64,000 bases of DNA from Geosiphon pyriformis uo1 (lineage: Eukaryota; Fungi; Glomeromycota), in NCBI GenBank assembly GCA_016748015.1, contig JAAOMT010000664.1, forward strand, positions 2,023,870-2,087,869. The letters are read 5' to 3'. The notes beneath the pieces were generated by a model. That model was not told where the DNA came from. It did no database searches and was given only the letters and a program-made list of their open reading frames with translations. Of this stretch, positions 52,190-64,000 are shown piece after piece (within the stretch, counting starts at the first letter, position 1; the number at the start of each line of letters is the position of its first letter). The translations under genes and the position numbers were made by a program.

Positions 52190-52903
52190 ATGGCAAACAA
52201 CTCAACATCCAATGCAAATGATTTTACTAACTCAAAGCTTTTTTTTCCAAAACACGTGACTTAACAGGCAGCAGCTGATTGGACCCAACAAATCTAAACT
52301 CAAGAAGCACTATTTCAGTGTCACCATTACTCAAGTTTTTGAAGAATGGTGTTTTCAGCAGCTGTTTCAAGACATAGGTTCTTGTACACATTTTCTTAGA
52401 AGTCACATTGTCCATCATGTCATCAGTCTCAGAAGCATTAAAGTCCATATAACTTGTCTCTTTGGCTACCATGTTGTTTATGTTCTCAATGTTGGATATT
52501 TCACTGATGCTAGCATCTTTACTCTCCACCTCACTACCCTAAGACACCTTATGTTTGTCACAATCATTCTGTAAAACGTGGCCAGGAAGAGGTCTGGCTA
52601 ACAAATCCACTACCACACCAGTAATATCAGGTTTTTTTGATTTTTTGTAAGAGAGACCCCAAGAGTACACACTCTCAATGCACGCTTTCTTTTTAGCAAT
52701 AGCCCAAGATCCCAATTCAGCCAAGCCAGAACCAGAACCACCAACAGAAAAGCCCACTGGATCCATTACAACAAAATTGGGTACGTTGGAAGAAATAACT
52801 AAAGGTAACAAGAAGGAAGGAAAAAGAAAACACTATATCTTTGGCAGTACAAAAACTTTTGTCATGGTCAGGAGATTGACAAGGGAAAGTTTTTTATTTT
52901 TTA
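52190..52903 (-). mobile_element. LINE copy F, 5' part (5'UTR and ORF1 N-terminus)
   Basis: Removing the Gypsy plus one ATGG restores FALDVELFAISGKTNSDKLIAIKKIFYRIDGFG, colinear with FALDIGLDKVVGKFSQEKLMVIRKLFSKVNGF of copy A. Confidence 0.92.
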
Positions 52904-53019
52904 ATAATTTAATTATTATAAATAATAAAAGCTTATTAATCAAGTAAAAAAAAGTTGTTCATAAAAAATTCAATAAATGTTCAAATTAAATATTTATCAA
53001 ATATTCATAATTTATATAA

Positions 53020-53160
53020 TAAACAATCATAAAATATAGTGAAAAATATAGTGAAAAATAAATCCTTAAATTAAATTAAAATGTCTACAATTCATATAAA
53101 TATTATCTATAATTCATATAAATATTATTTATAATATGTATAAATATAATCTAAATATAA
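53020..53160. repeat. Short tandem duplications (13-bp AAAATATAGTGA x2; 22-bp TCTAYAATTCATATAAATATTA x2-3)
   Basis: Direct inspection. Confidence 0.7.
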
Positions 53161-54704
53161 TCACAATTTGTTTAACAAATATTAATTAACTTGTAATTAA
53201 TAAATATATAATGATAAATATACAAAATTATTTTAAAAATTAGATTTATGTATTATTTACTTTTATTATAATAGTGCTTTTTAATAATTTTTGGTGGTTT
53301 TTCTGAACTTGAATGTTTTTTTGCTCATTTTTTTTCAGAATTTCTATTGTAAGTTAATCTATAAACACTAATTATAATAGCTAATTTATTATTCAAAATT
53401 GGAACAATAATCATGTATAAAATTGTTAAATTCAAAATAGAGTCTAAATAATAAGATTTTAATATTTAAATAAAACAAAAATTATTGATTAACATATAAC
53501 AAAGTAGTTTTTTTTGTTTTTTATTATTTAAAAAAGTTTTAGCCAGTAAAATAGTTTTTGTTTTTTGTTGTTTAGAAAAGTTTTTGGCAATAAATTAGTT
53601 TTTTTTTTTTTAAAAAAAAATCTTAGTTAACAAAATAGTCATTTTTTTTGCAACTCTTTTTTTTTCTTTAAAGAAATCTTAATTAGTAAAAAAGTATTAC
53701 TTTTATTCTCTTTAGTATTAATTTTATTTATTATTATTTAATAAAAAATTATTGTGATTTTTATTAGATACTTATTTATTAGAAATTACTTCTTTAATAT
53801 ATATTAGTAATAAAAAATTATCAAGTTTATTATTTTTGTTTAATACCTATTTATTAAAAATTACTTCTTTTTTTTTTCTAATAGCTGAAGTCTTTTTTCA
53901 AATTTAAAAATACAAAATAATTTTGCATAATTATTTCATTATTATATAGAATAAATACTTATATAATGACTTATTTTTTTTTAAATTTGTTACTTTTATC
54001 TTTATTTTGTTGGCAATAATAAGAGTTATTTTTTAAAATAATATAAATTAATAAACATTAAAAAAAATTATGTAGTCAAATAATATATGTACAAATAATG
54101 TTTATTTTATATTATATAAGATACACTAAAACCTAATTTCTAATACAAATTAGAAAACAGAAATTGGTCTTTTTAAATTTGTAAATAATAACAGCTTTTG
54201 TTTTTTTTTGAAAAATATTTGTACTTTATTTGGATGAGACATAGTATTCAACTATATTATAAAAAACATTTTACAAAAAAAAAGTAAATTAAAACAAAAA
54301 TTAGAATATATTTTATTAATATGTATTTTATAACTAAAATATATATTCTTTATAAGATTTAATTTCAAATACAGATTTGTAAACTGGTCTTATTTAACAG
54401 AAAATCTTGAATTGGTTGAACAGATAAACTTGACTGAACTTTAATTTTTGTTTTAAACTAGTTAGATAATAAATTACATCTAAATACAAAAAAGTTATTT
54501 ATATAATATATAATATACTTTATTATAATTATTATCAGATTTATTATTGTTGTTATTAGACTTATCTAAAACTGAATTTGCTTTGGTTTTTAAAATTTGT
54601 TTTTTTTCAAGTTAAATAATATACAATAAAATTTTTAATATAAGTTTTTTATCTTTAAAAATTAACTAATTTAAAACTGATTTTGACTTAAACATTATAT
54701 TAAA

Positions 54705-54880
54705 ATTTAAAAAGAACAAATAAAAAAGACAAATAATGACAAAAAAAAATAGTGATAAAAGAGACAAATAGTAACAAAAAAGAAAAATAATAAAAAGAAA
54801 AAATAGTAACAAAGAAAACAAATAGTAATAAAAAAACAAAAAGAACAAATAATAAGAAAAATAACATTAATAATAAAATC
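54705..54880. repeat. Degenerate ~16-18-bp minisatellite (AAAGAGACAAATAGTAACA-like)
   Basis: Recurring CAAATAGTAACAAA / AAATAGTGATAAA units; explains the low-complexity F/L-rich ORFs. Confidence 0.6.
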
Positions 54881-55459
54881 ATCTAAGTTATAATAAAGTT
54901 ATTATCTCTTTTTACATGAATAATGATAATAAAATCACCTGTTCAAATTATTATTATTTACATAAACAATAAAATTATTATCTTCTTTATATAACATAAA
55001 TTTTAAAATAATCAAAGTTATATTTTTTTATTTTATTGGGCTTAAAATCTAAATATTAATCTAAATTGCCCAAAATAAGATCATGCAAGTTTTTTGTATT
55101 TGTGCAAAATATCAGAAAATAACATAAAAAATCTTGATTTATTAATTGCAAAATTTACAAGAATTAGATATTATAAAAAAATATAAACAAAACAATTCAA
55201 GTTTGAAAAGTTGCTCAAGTTTAAACATTTCTGATATTAAAGAAAGTTTAGACAATAATTCTGAAATTTTAATCATTGGATATGTTTATATAAAGCTTAT
55301 TTTTATTTTTTTAATATATATTAATATTAAATACAATAATTTAAAGATCTAAAAACAAATTGCCAAAAAGTTTGATTTTTAAAAAAAATTGTATTATAAA
55401 TAAAAATTATATAAACATAATAAATAAAAATTATTTTAAGAATAATTATTTTAATATAA

Positions 55460-55590
55460 AGTTTAAATTGGTTTTAAATTCTGAAATTATGAACTATTTG
55501 AATATTGAGCATAAATTGTTTTTAAAATTTAAAATTATAAATTATTTAAATATTGAGCATAAATTGTCTTCAAATTTTGAAATTAATTAT
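55460..55590. repeat. 48-bp tandem duplication (~2.5 copies)
   Basis: AATATTGAGCATAAATTGT at 55501 and 55549. Confidence 0.75.
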
Positions 55591-58500
55591 TTAATTAACT
55601 TAGTGAATTATTTAATAATATTTCTAATATAAAAATTTGGTATTTATAATTATTTAAAAAAAATTATTCTTTTATCTTAAAACTAATTTGATAATTTTAT
55701 TTATATTAAACATTAAAAAAAAAAAAAAATTATTCAGTAAATTGGTTTGTGTACTTAGATTATTCAAAATCAAGTTTTGCTATAATCTAATTAATAACAT
55801 ATTTTAACAAATTATAATAATAGTTAATGATAGTATTGTTAATTTATACTAAGTAAAAAAGATATTGAATTCTATAGTGCTTATAAAACTAATATAAATT
55901 GATATATATATTAATTTTGTTATATATATACCAAGAAATACAAAGATTATAATGAATGTAATATTTGTTAAACACCAAAATTTTGAAAAAAAAACCATGT
56001 TTTTTAATGTTAAATAGCTTATTTCTCTATTAAAAATTGTCTTAAAATTTAGTATTAAGATTCAAAATACTCTAAAACTATAAGATATTATCCAAACAAT
56101 ATTTATTATCAAGATTTTAGTTCAGATAACACAATTAAAAATATATTTAATAATATAAAATACAAAAAACTTGTATTTAAAAACTTTTTTTAAGATGATC
56201 AAAATGTAATATTGACAGATTTTATTAATAGTTACCAAATATTTTGACAAAAAACAGACAATTGCTAAGTAGTTTTAATAATTAATGCCAATATTTATTC
56301 ACAAAAACATATTAAAAGAAAATTTAATAATAATAGTTACTATATCTAATTTAAAAAAACCTAAAAATTTTAATTTATTTATGTTTTTTATAATCCAAAA
56401 ATTAAAGAAGTTAGAAAATAATATTCTAATATATTATTTAACAAATTATTAATTATATATATTAATATTATTATTTAATATGTATCTAGTTAGAATTAAT
56501 TACTATAATAAATTTAAAAAAAAGTTTTTTTTATTATATATTTATATATTATCATAATCAAGTAATATATTTAATTTAATAAAATTAATATATTTTATAG
56601 AATATAATTTATACAAAAGATATTATTTTTGTAATATCTATAAATTTTATATAAATTATATATATTTTTTAACATTATTATTTATTGAAAAAAAAGATTA
56701 ATATTAAATATATAATCTAAATAATTTACTTTTGTAAACTTATAAACAATTTAAAAATTAAATCTTTCAAATAAAAACAGCCAGTTTGAAAAAAAACAAA
56801 ACAAAATTAATATTAGAATTTGATATATTTTTATTGTTAATGTTTTATATTAATTGTTTTTATTAATATTTATTTTTTTTATAATAATAAAAATAAAGAA
56901 TTAAAGTATATTATTTAATTTAAAAACAATCTATTTTTCAAATTTTTTCTAATTGATATAATGCATTTTATTTATAAAAATATTGTTAAATATTTGTTTA
57001 AACATTAAACATGTAATTTTTTTAAAAAAAATAATCAAAATAATAGAGACTATATATTTAATAAAAATACATGAAAAAAATAAAAGTTAAAATAAGTTAT
57101 TATTAAACAATACTGCTTATCTTATTTAAATAATTTTTATATAATATTGTTTTTTATTAAAATAGATATAAAGTTAAAGAATAGGCTTTATAAATTACAA
57201 TATATTTTTTGTCTTTTTTAAAAAAGCAAATATTACAAAGACATTATAAAAAATAAGCAACTTTTGTTAAGATTATATGTTTGTATTAAAAGTTAACATT
57301 AATTATATAAAATATAAATAATATTTGATTATTATTTTGGTATTTTTATAACTATTATAAAAGATAAATAAATATTTATTGCTTTATTAATTTAATATAA
57401 AATATTTACAAATTTAATTAATTTTTTTTACAGATATTATTATTATGGTCAAAAAAAACAATGTAGTACAATAAAGTTGTGTTTTTATAACTTGTTATAT
57501 ATTGTAAATAGTATTAAAAAAACTGGTTTATGTTGAACTATAACAATTTTTTATAAAATGAGTATGTAAAATACTTGTTTTTTTAGCCCAATTATATTTT
57601 TATTTATTAATAATATTTATATTTGAAAAATATTTGATTATCTATAATTTTATATTATTATTTATATAATTATATTTTCTCTTTAACAAAACAAAAATTA
57701 TGCAAAATATCTTATATTTTCTCTACTTAAAATGAATAAAAAATTTTATTTTCTATTAAAAAAATATATTTTTAATTAAGCAGAATTAAAAAAAATTAAA
57801 ATATAAACAATTATATACTAAAAATAAACATATTATTAAATTAAAATGAATTAAAAAAATCAAAATTGGATTTAAACTAATTATTCTGTCTTAATATATA
57901 ATTTGTATATTTTAAAATTTTTTAATACAATATTTAACTTATAAATTTTATATAGATTATAATAGAAATAAATAAATAAGCTTTATTTTTTAAATAAAAA
58001 CCAAAATATATAACACAAAAATTTTATAGAAATATTGAATATTATTTAATTTATAATTTTAATAAAAAAATTTATATGTTTATTTATATTTATTGAATTA
58101 TTAATATTGAAAAAAATAATATTAAATTATTATTTTTTTAAAAATATAGTTTATATAAATTTATTAATATATTTGCAATTGATTATTGTGTAAAATTTAT
58201 AAACTTGGTTATATTTATTATATAATTAATAAAAAAGCTATATATTTTATAGATAATTAACAATAATAAAAAATGTAATAAATATTTATTGTAAATATAA
58301 ATTAATAATATTTATTTTAAAAGACAAAAAATAAAATATTATTTTTTATATAAACATTTAGTGTATATTTATATATTGCAAAAATAACCAACTTAAAATT
58401 ATTTTAAATTATAAACAAATAATATATATTTTTAAATAAAAAAAAAATTATAATTATTTTATAAAAATTTTATAAAAAACTTTTTTTTACTAAGTAATTT

Positions 58501-58599
58501 TAATACTAATACTCATATTTATAACAAAAAAATAAATTATGGCTCTATAAACAATCTTAGCAAATCTTATACTCTTTAAATATTTATTAGTATATATTT

Positions 58600-59880
58600 T
58601 AAATTTATTTAACCAAATCTTATGTAGTTGTTTATGAATATTAAAAAAACTTTAAACTCCAAAACATTTAAGTCTTATAAACTATTAATATAATCAGGAC
58701 TAATTCATAAATAACTATTTACACATATAAACTTTAAAGTCTAATCAAGCCAAAAAAACATAAGCTCTCTTGAATTCAATTTTTTTTAGTTTATAATACA
58801 GTCTTTTTTATTTAAGAACTTATTATTAAATACAACTTTAAATTACTTTAAAGAATAAATAAAATTATAATACAAAGACTCTTCTAAAATATTTAACATT
58901 AAAAACTTATTGAAATTGTAAAATACACTAGCAAATCATTTGTTAAAGACAAATTTTTGTTCAAAAAAAATTTTATCATCTTAGCCAAAAAATTGTTTAC
59001 AGAATTAACATATAACTTAATAGTATATTGTAATAAGTTTAAAAGAACTTATCTTATAATTTGCAAATCCAAAAATCTGTAATTAAAAAGATGTTCAAAA
59101 ATACTTATAGTATTAGTAAATACAATTACTAAGACCAATTTTATTTTAAACTGTATCTGCTCAAAAGTTTTTAAATTATACAAAAAAAATAATATAATAC
59201 TTTATTAAAAAAATTTTATGACAAATTGGCTTTTAACTTAAGCCTCTTTTTAATTATAACATTTTACTTGTAATATATATTTTTCAAAATAAAACTAAAC
59301 TACAAACAATAACTAATTATAGGCTATAAAACAGTTAACATTAAATAAAAAAATTGTTTATTTATAATTGCTTTTTACAGTATTATATTAACAAAAAACC
59401 AAATATCAGAATAAGTCTTAATTATATTTGGCTTGAACAAACTCTTAGTTAACAAAAAAATTCTCAAGTATTTATGTAGTTTATTTTTCTTAGCAATTAA
59501 AATAAACAAATTGTTAATCTTTAAAAAAGCTGTCTTAATATTCTAATTAATAGAAATAGTTATTGTTTTTTTGTTGTTAATTAAAACATTATTAATTTTA
59601 AAAAATTCACTAGAAATATCTAAAATATATTAAGTAGAAGTTTGACAATTTTTAATCCAAATTATGTTATCTATAAAAGCACTTGTTACAGAAAATAATA
59701 TTTTTTTTTTGCTGCTTTTTATTTTATCAGTCTTAATAACAAACTTAATATTAATTTCGTATTTATATAAATGTTTTTGTTTCTTAACTTTACACAAAAG
59801 AGAATCATAAAAAATTCTTCAAAAAAGAGAAAAAAAAAGAAGACTTTACTTAATTTAGTCTATTATATACAAAAAGATAT
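58600..59880 (-). mobile_element. Heavily decayed LINE RT relic
   Basis: FYDSLLCKVKKQKHLYKYEI (cf. FYDPLLCEVKRQESVYGYRL), SAFIDNIIWIKNCQTS.., ILDISSEFFKINNVLINNKKTITI. Boundaries approximate. Confidence 0.8.
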
Positions 59881-60904
59881 AAAAAATATTAAACACTTTT
59901 ATAATATATTATATAAAAAAACTAACTTATAAATTATTAAATTATTATTATTATTATATTAAAATACATATTAATATTTTGTTTGATCTTTATTTGCTTT
60001 AAGAATAATTTGAACTTAATATAACATAAACTTAATCAAATTATGATAGTAATTTACAAATATTGTATCCCATTTTTTCTTAATTTACTATTTTAATTAT
60101 ACAATATTTAAAAATTGTAAATTATATTAATGAATTTTAACTTCAATATATGATTAAAAATTTTTTTTTAAAGTAATATTAAAATTTTGTGCTGGCCAAA
60201 ATTTTATGGTGTATAATTTCAATAATATAATCAACCAAAGGAATTAAAAAACCCAAACCAATCCATAAAAAACATCTCTAAAACATATAAACAAAGTTTT
60301 TTTTAATTGTGGCTGTAATACAATTCTTATAAAACTTTTTAAGAAGTTTATGTTATATATGTTCAAATTCTGTAATTCTAAATTGTGTATATGTAAATTC
60401 ATCTGACTAAACAACTTGTTTAAAATTTTTTACAGTCCAATTTTTATAAGTACAAGTCTATTATAAATGGTTTTTTTATTTGATTTAAAAATTAATGACT
60501 TAAAATAAAAAATACATAAACAAAATTTTTTTTAAACTAATCTATTTTAAATAGTTTATATAAAATTAGATTTGTTAATATTTTTAATAAAATTCAATTA
60601 TATTTGAAAAAAAGTTTGGCAGTAAATTTTTTTATTCTCTATTATTGAATATTTGAATTGTTTATATGTATATTTGTTAAAATTTGTGGTTGGTCTGTTT
60701 ATTTTTTAAGAAATTTTTTTAATTTATATAATTTTTATATATATATTACAGAAAAACATAAATATTTAATAATCATAAAAATTTTACTGTTTGTATGTTC
60801 TAACTTTTTTGTTGGTATTCAGAAAGTTTTTTTCTAAAACATATTTAATATAATAAACTTTTTTATAACAAAAATGTTTAATATTTTATATATATATATA
60901 ATAG

Positions 60905-63900
60905 AAAAAAACTTCTTTCTCTTCTTCATCCCAAATTCCCAAAAAAAAGTCAAAGTTTTTTTGAAAGAAGTTTTTTACAATTCAGTACAATAAATTCAAA
61001 CTCTTTATTCTTGACTATGAAACCACTGTTGGCTGCAGTATTGCTGTTATGAAAAAGACTACTAAGATTTTTAGTTTTAATAATGGCTTTAAACCTGTTC
61101 TTCCAAGAAAAAAGAGAAGAGGTGGTGTTTTAGAAGATGGTTCTAGTGGTAAGAGCATTGGTTCTAAGGTTCAAAATAGCTGTTCATGGGGTTCAGAAAC
61201 TGGTGACATCACTAAGTCTGATAGTATTGATATGAAAAAGAAATGTCTGATGGAAGAGACCAGTTTTGATTATGGTAAAGATGATGTTTTTGCTAAAGAA
61301 AATCCTGATCAGACACCTACTGGTTCAAAGATCAAAACCAAAAAAGCATTAGGCAAGCCATTGGGTAAGATAAATTTTTCATTTAGTGACATTGATGATG
61401 ATGTTCTTTTGGATGCTCTATTGGAACTCCCCCCACCTCTCAAAAATCTGGTCAATATTTCTGTTTACAAATCTTTTACTTTGGATATTGAGTTGAATAA
61501 GATGGTTGGGAAATCTTCTCAAGAAAAACTACAAGTGGTCAGGAGATTATTTTCAAAAATCAATGGTTTTGGGAGGTCTTTACCCTTTCAAAATTTGCTG
61601 GAATCATTAGAGCATTGTTCACTTTCAAATCAAGTTTGGCATAGGCTTCCAAAAAAGCTAAAGAAGTGAAAATTCTGGTGAACACCAATCTTCAGAAGTC
61701 TTCTAGATGCTCAGATTGGACTGTGGTAATAAAAGAAATTCCTGTTGGTACTTTGGCTGAGGCTGTGTGTGCCGCGTTATCCGAGTTTGGAATAATTAAG
61801 TTGATCAAAATACAATTGGTGGGGCTATGACAGAAAACAGTGGTAGAATTTGAATGGGTTAATCATGTTGATTTGGTCACAGCAAAATGGTCTATCCTAA
61901 TTGGGAAAGATGCAGTACATGTTGCTAGATTTAATATGGACAAAGAAACCTGAGATGAAAGAGATGTTCACAGGGCTCTTTTGTACACTATACCAGTAAG
62001 AACCAATGTGCATGATATTTGGGATTATATCAACTTAGTGGGTAGAAAAACATGCACAATCAATCATTACCCTGTTATATATGCTTGGGCCAGATGTGCC
62101 ATTGTTTGTTTCAAATCAGCTGAATCCTTGGATGCTGTCATAAATACTACTTCAGTTCTAAAAAGCATAAATCTGCATTGGTCTTGATTGGGTTTTTCTA
62201 AATGTGCTGAGTGTGGGAAAATAGGTCATATGTTATTGAGTTGTTCTGTAGGTGAGAATTTTTCTCCTAGTAAATCTCCTCGTAGAGTGCTTTCAGATGT
62301 GGATAAAAACAGACTGGCTGTCATCTATTCCAAGTATTCGGCTCTTATTGCTCATTCTGTTGCTTTTGGTGGGATTTTTTGGGCAAAGATTGCTAGTAGA
62401 TCTTTATTCCCTCCTCTTTCTGTGAAGAATAATTCGATCAATCCTGGCTCCTCTTCAGAGATAAAGCCTACTCTTCCTGTTGCTTTTAATGTTGAAAAGA
62501 GGTTTGCTGTTTTGAAAAGCAGTCTTATTAGTCTCACAGAACAGATTAGTGAGTTGGCTAAGAGGTTGAACTCACTTGTTCTGGCAGTTTCCCAGCCTAG
62601 CCCTAGATGTTAGCTGCTGATAACCCTCCCATCACAGAATCAAGTGGGTGATATAGTGATGGGAGAGGGCTCGAGTGTGGCCACTAATGGTAAAACTGCT
62701 GCACTTCTGAAATCATTCTCTTCTCCTAACATGGTTAAGTTTAAAACTATGTTGGAAGGTCTTTCTGCTTTTGTTTTGAGTTTGTCAGCCCATCTTGATA
62801 GTTTGGTCTTAACTGGTAGTGTGCACTCCCAATCTCCTTCTCAATAAGTGAATTAGTCTGGAAAATTGTGATGTGTAATGTCAGAAGCATGAATAATCCT
62901 GCAAAACAGAAGGATATTGTGCATTGACATATGAAATCTGGAAATATGGTCTCAATTGTTACTGAAATGAAATTGAAGTCTGATTGTAAACCATGGATTA
63001 TAAACAAGTTTGATGGTGTTAGAATTTTTTCATTTGGTGTAAACAAAGGGTTTCTTGGAACTGGGGTGGCCATTATCATGAACAATTCTCTGGCTTGTCA
63101 TGTTTCTAAAATTGATGAGATCCTTGGTCAGGTTATTTCAGTATGTCTTTTCTTCAAAGGCAAACTCTCAGTTATGGTTCTGGATTTGTATACTGGTGCA
63201 TCCTCTGGTATTAGGTTTGGTCAGGCTATAGAAGTCAACTCTTTTATCACAAGAGTTCTGAACTTTAATACTTTTGTGGTCTTAGGTGGTAATTTTAATA
63301 AAGACAATTTTAAAAAAAGTGCAAGTTTTAGGTTTTGTTTGGATCTGGGTTTGGCCAACTTATTTGGTACACACTCATTGATCAAAGCTCCTATGTGAAG
63401 CAATTCAAGGGGTGCTGAAAAAACAATTGATTATATTTTTGTCAGTGATAATTTGTCTTTGGCAGTTGCTGGTTAGATTGTGGCTTCTGTTTCTGATTAT
63501 TTTAACACTAACCACAAGGCTGTTATAATGTCAGTTGGTCTGGGTGGGCTTTTGGATGTTCATCTAAATGGTTTGCGCAAGCAAGCTAATAAAGATTGAT
63601 AAAAGTTCAAGATTACAGATGCAGATGGTCTCAAATAAACTTGTTTTAAAGAGTGTTCTTTAGTTGAGTTTTCTTTTGTAGTTAATGAGTTTTTGGTTGC
63701 TAGTGATGATGGAGATTTTGATTCTATGTGGTCTTGTTTGGTAAAAGTGTTGGTCAATTCAGCTGATGAAGTGTTTTCTAGACATTGGTTTCATGAGATC
63801 AAATGTTCTTCCAACAAACAATCTTCAAAATTTTTTAAGCTGAAACTCCTGGTTGCTAAATTGGTGATGTTTCTTTAATCTGGTAATGCTTTTAGAACTG

Positions 63901-64000
63901 GTTCTCTTCTCAATGCTTGGCTGATTGCTGATGAATATAAGGCTCTTGAGATTCGAGACATGTTGAATGATGGTGTCAGCAGCAAGGATGTTTTTGTTTG
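60905..64000 (+). mobile_element. LINE copy G, 5' part (ORF1 ~61049-62847; ORF2 APE from 62844, runs off window)
   Basis: 5' motif CATCCCAAATTCCCAAAAAAAAGTCAA shared with copies A and B; CAECGKIGHMLLSC; CNVRS, TEMKL, GGNFN, IDYI, TNH. Confidence 0.93.

Noticed and set aside
54666-55632. F/L-rich and N/K/I-rich ORFs as membrane or organellar genes
   Set aside because: Produced by minisatellites and extreme AT bias; no recognisable domain.
56000-58600. Centromere, origin or NUMT in the extreme AT tract
   Set aside because: No diagnostic motif or organellar gene; decayed TE origin is more parsimonious but unproven.

Overview
Eukaryotic, very AT-rich, repeat-dominated fungal DNA. The element families and the F-box/LRR gene look like Glomeromycota (Geosiphon/AM-fungus-like); this is an inference from protein style, not a database result. 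There are only two host genes, in a convergent CpG-retaining island at about 9.5-13.3 kb: an intronless F-box/LRR gene and a 7-exon SAP30BP/HCNGP gene. Most of the rest is transposon-derived. It includes about ten copies or relics of an APE-RT-RNaseH LINE family, one full-length Ty3/Gypsy element (42333-52189, 4-bp TSD ATGG) nested in a LINE ORF1, the 3' end of a second copy of that Gypsy family, two other LTR-like relic families, and a 578-bp Tc1/mariner deletion derivative. Most notable: (1) the Gypsy has the retrovirus-like layout gag-PR-[Cys-rich domain]-dUTPase-RT-RH, a possibly separate integrase ORF and a conserved extra ORF in the env position; (2) repeats, but not genes, show pervasive C>T/G>A mutation in non-CpG as well as CpG contexts, RIP-like, turning TEs into AT deserts; (3) the LINEs share an ATGA stop-start junction, an FVDD RT motif and a 3'UTR hairpin; (4) the Tc1 element carries a cluster of G1/S cell-cycle-box-like motifs. 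No rRNA, tRNA or CRISPR array was seen.
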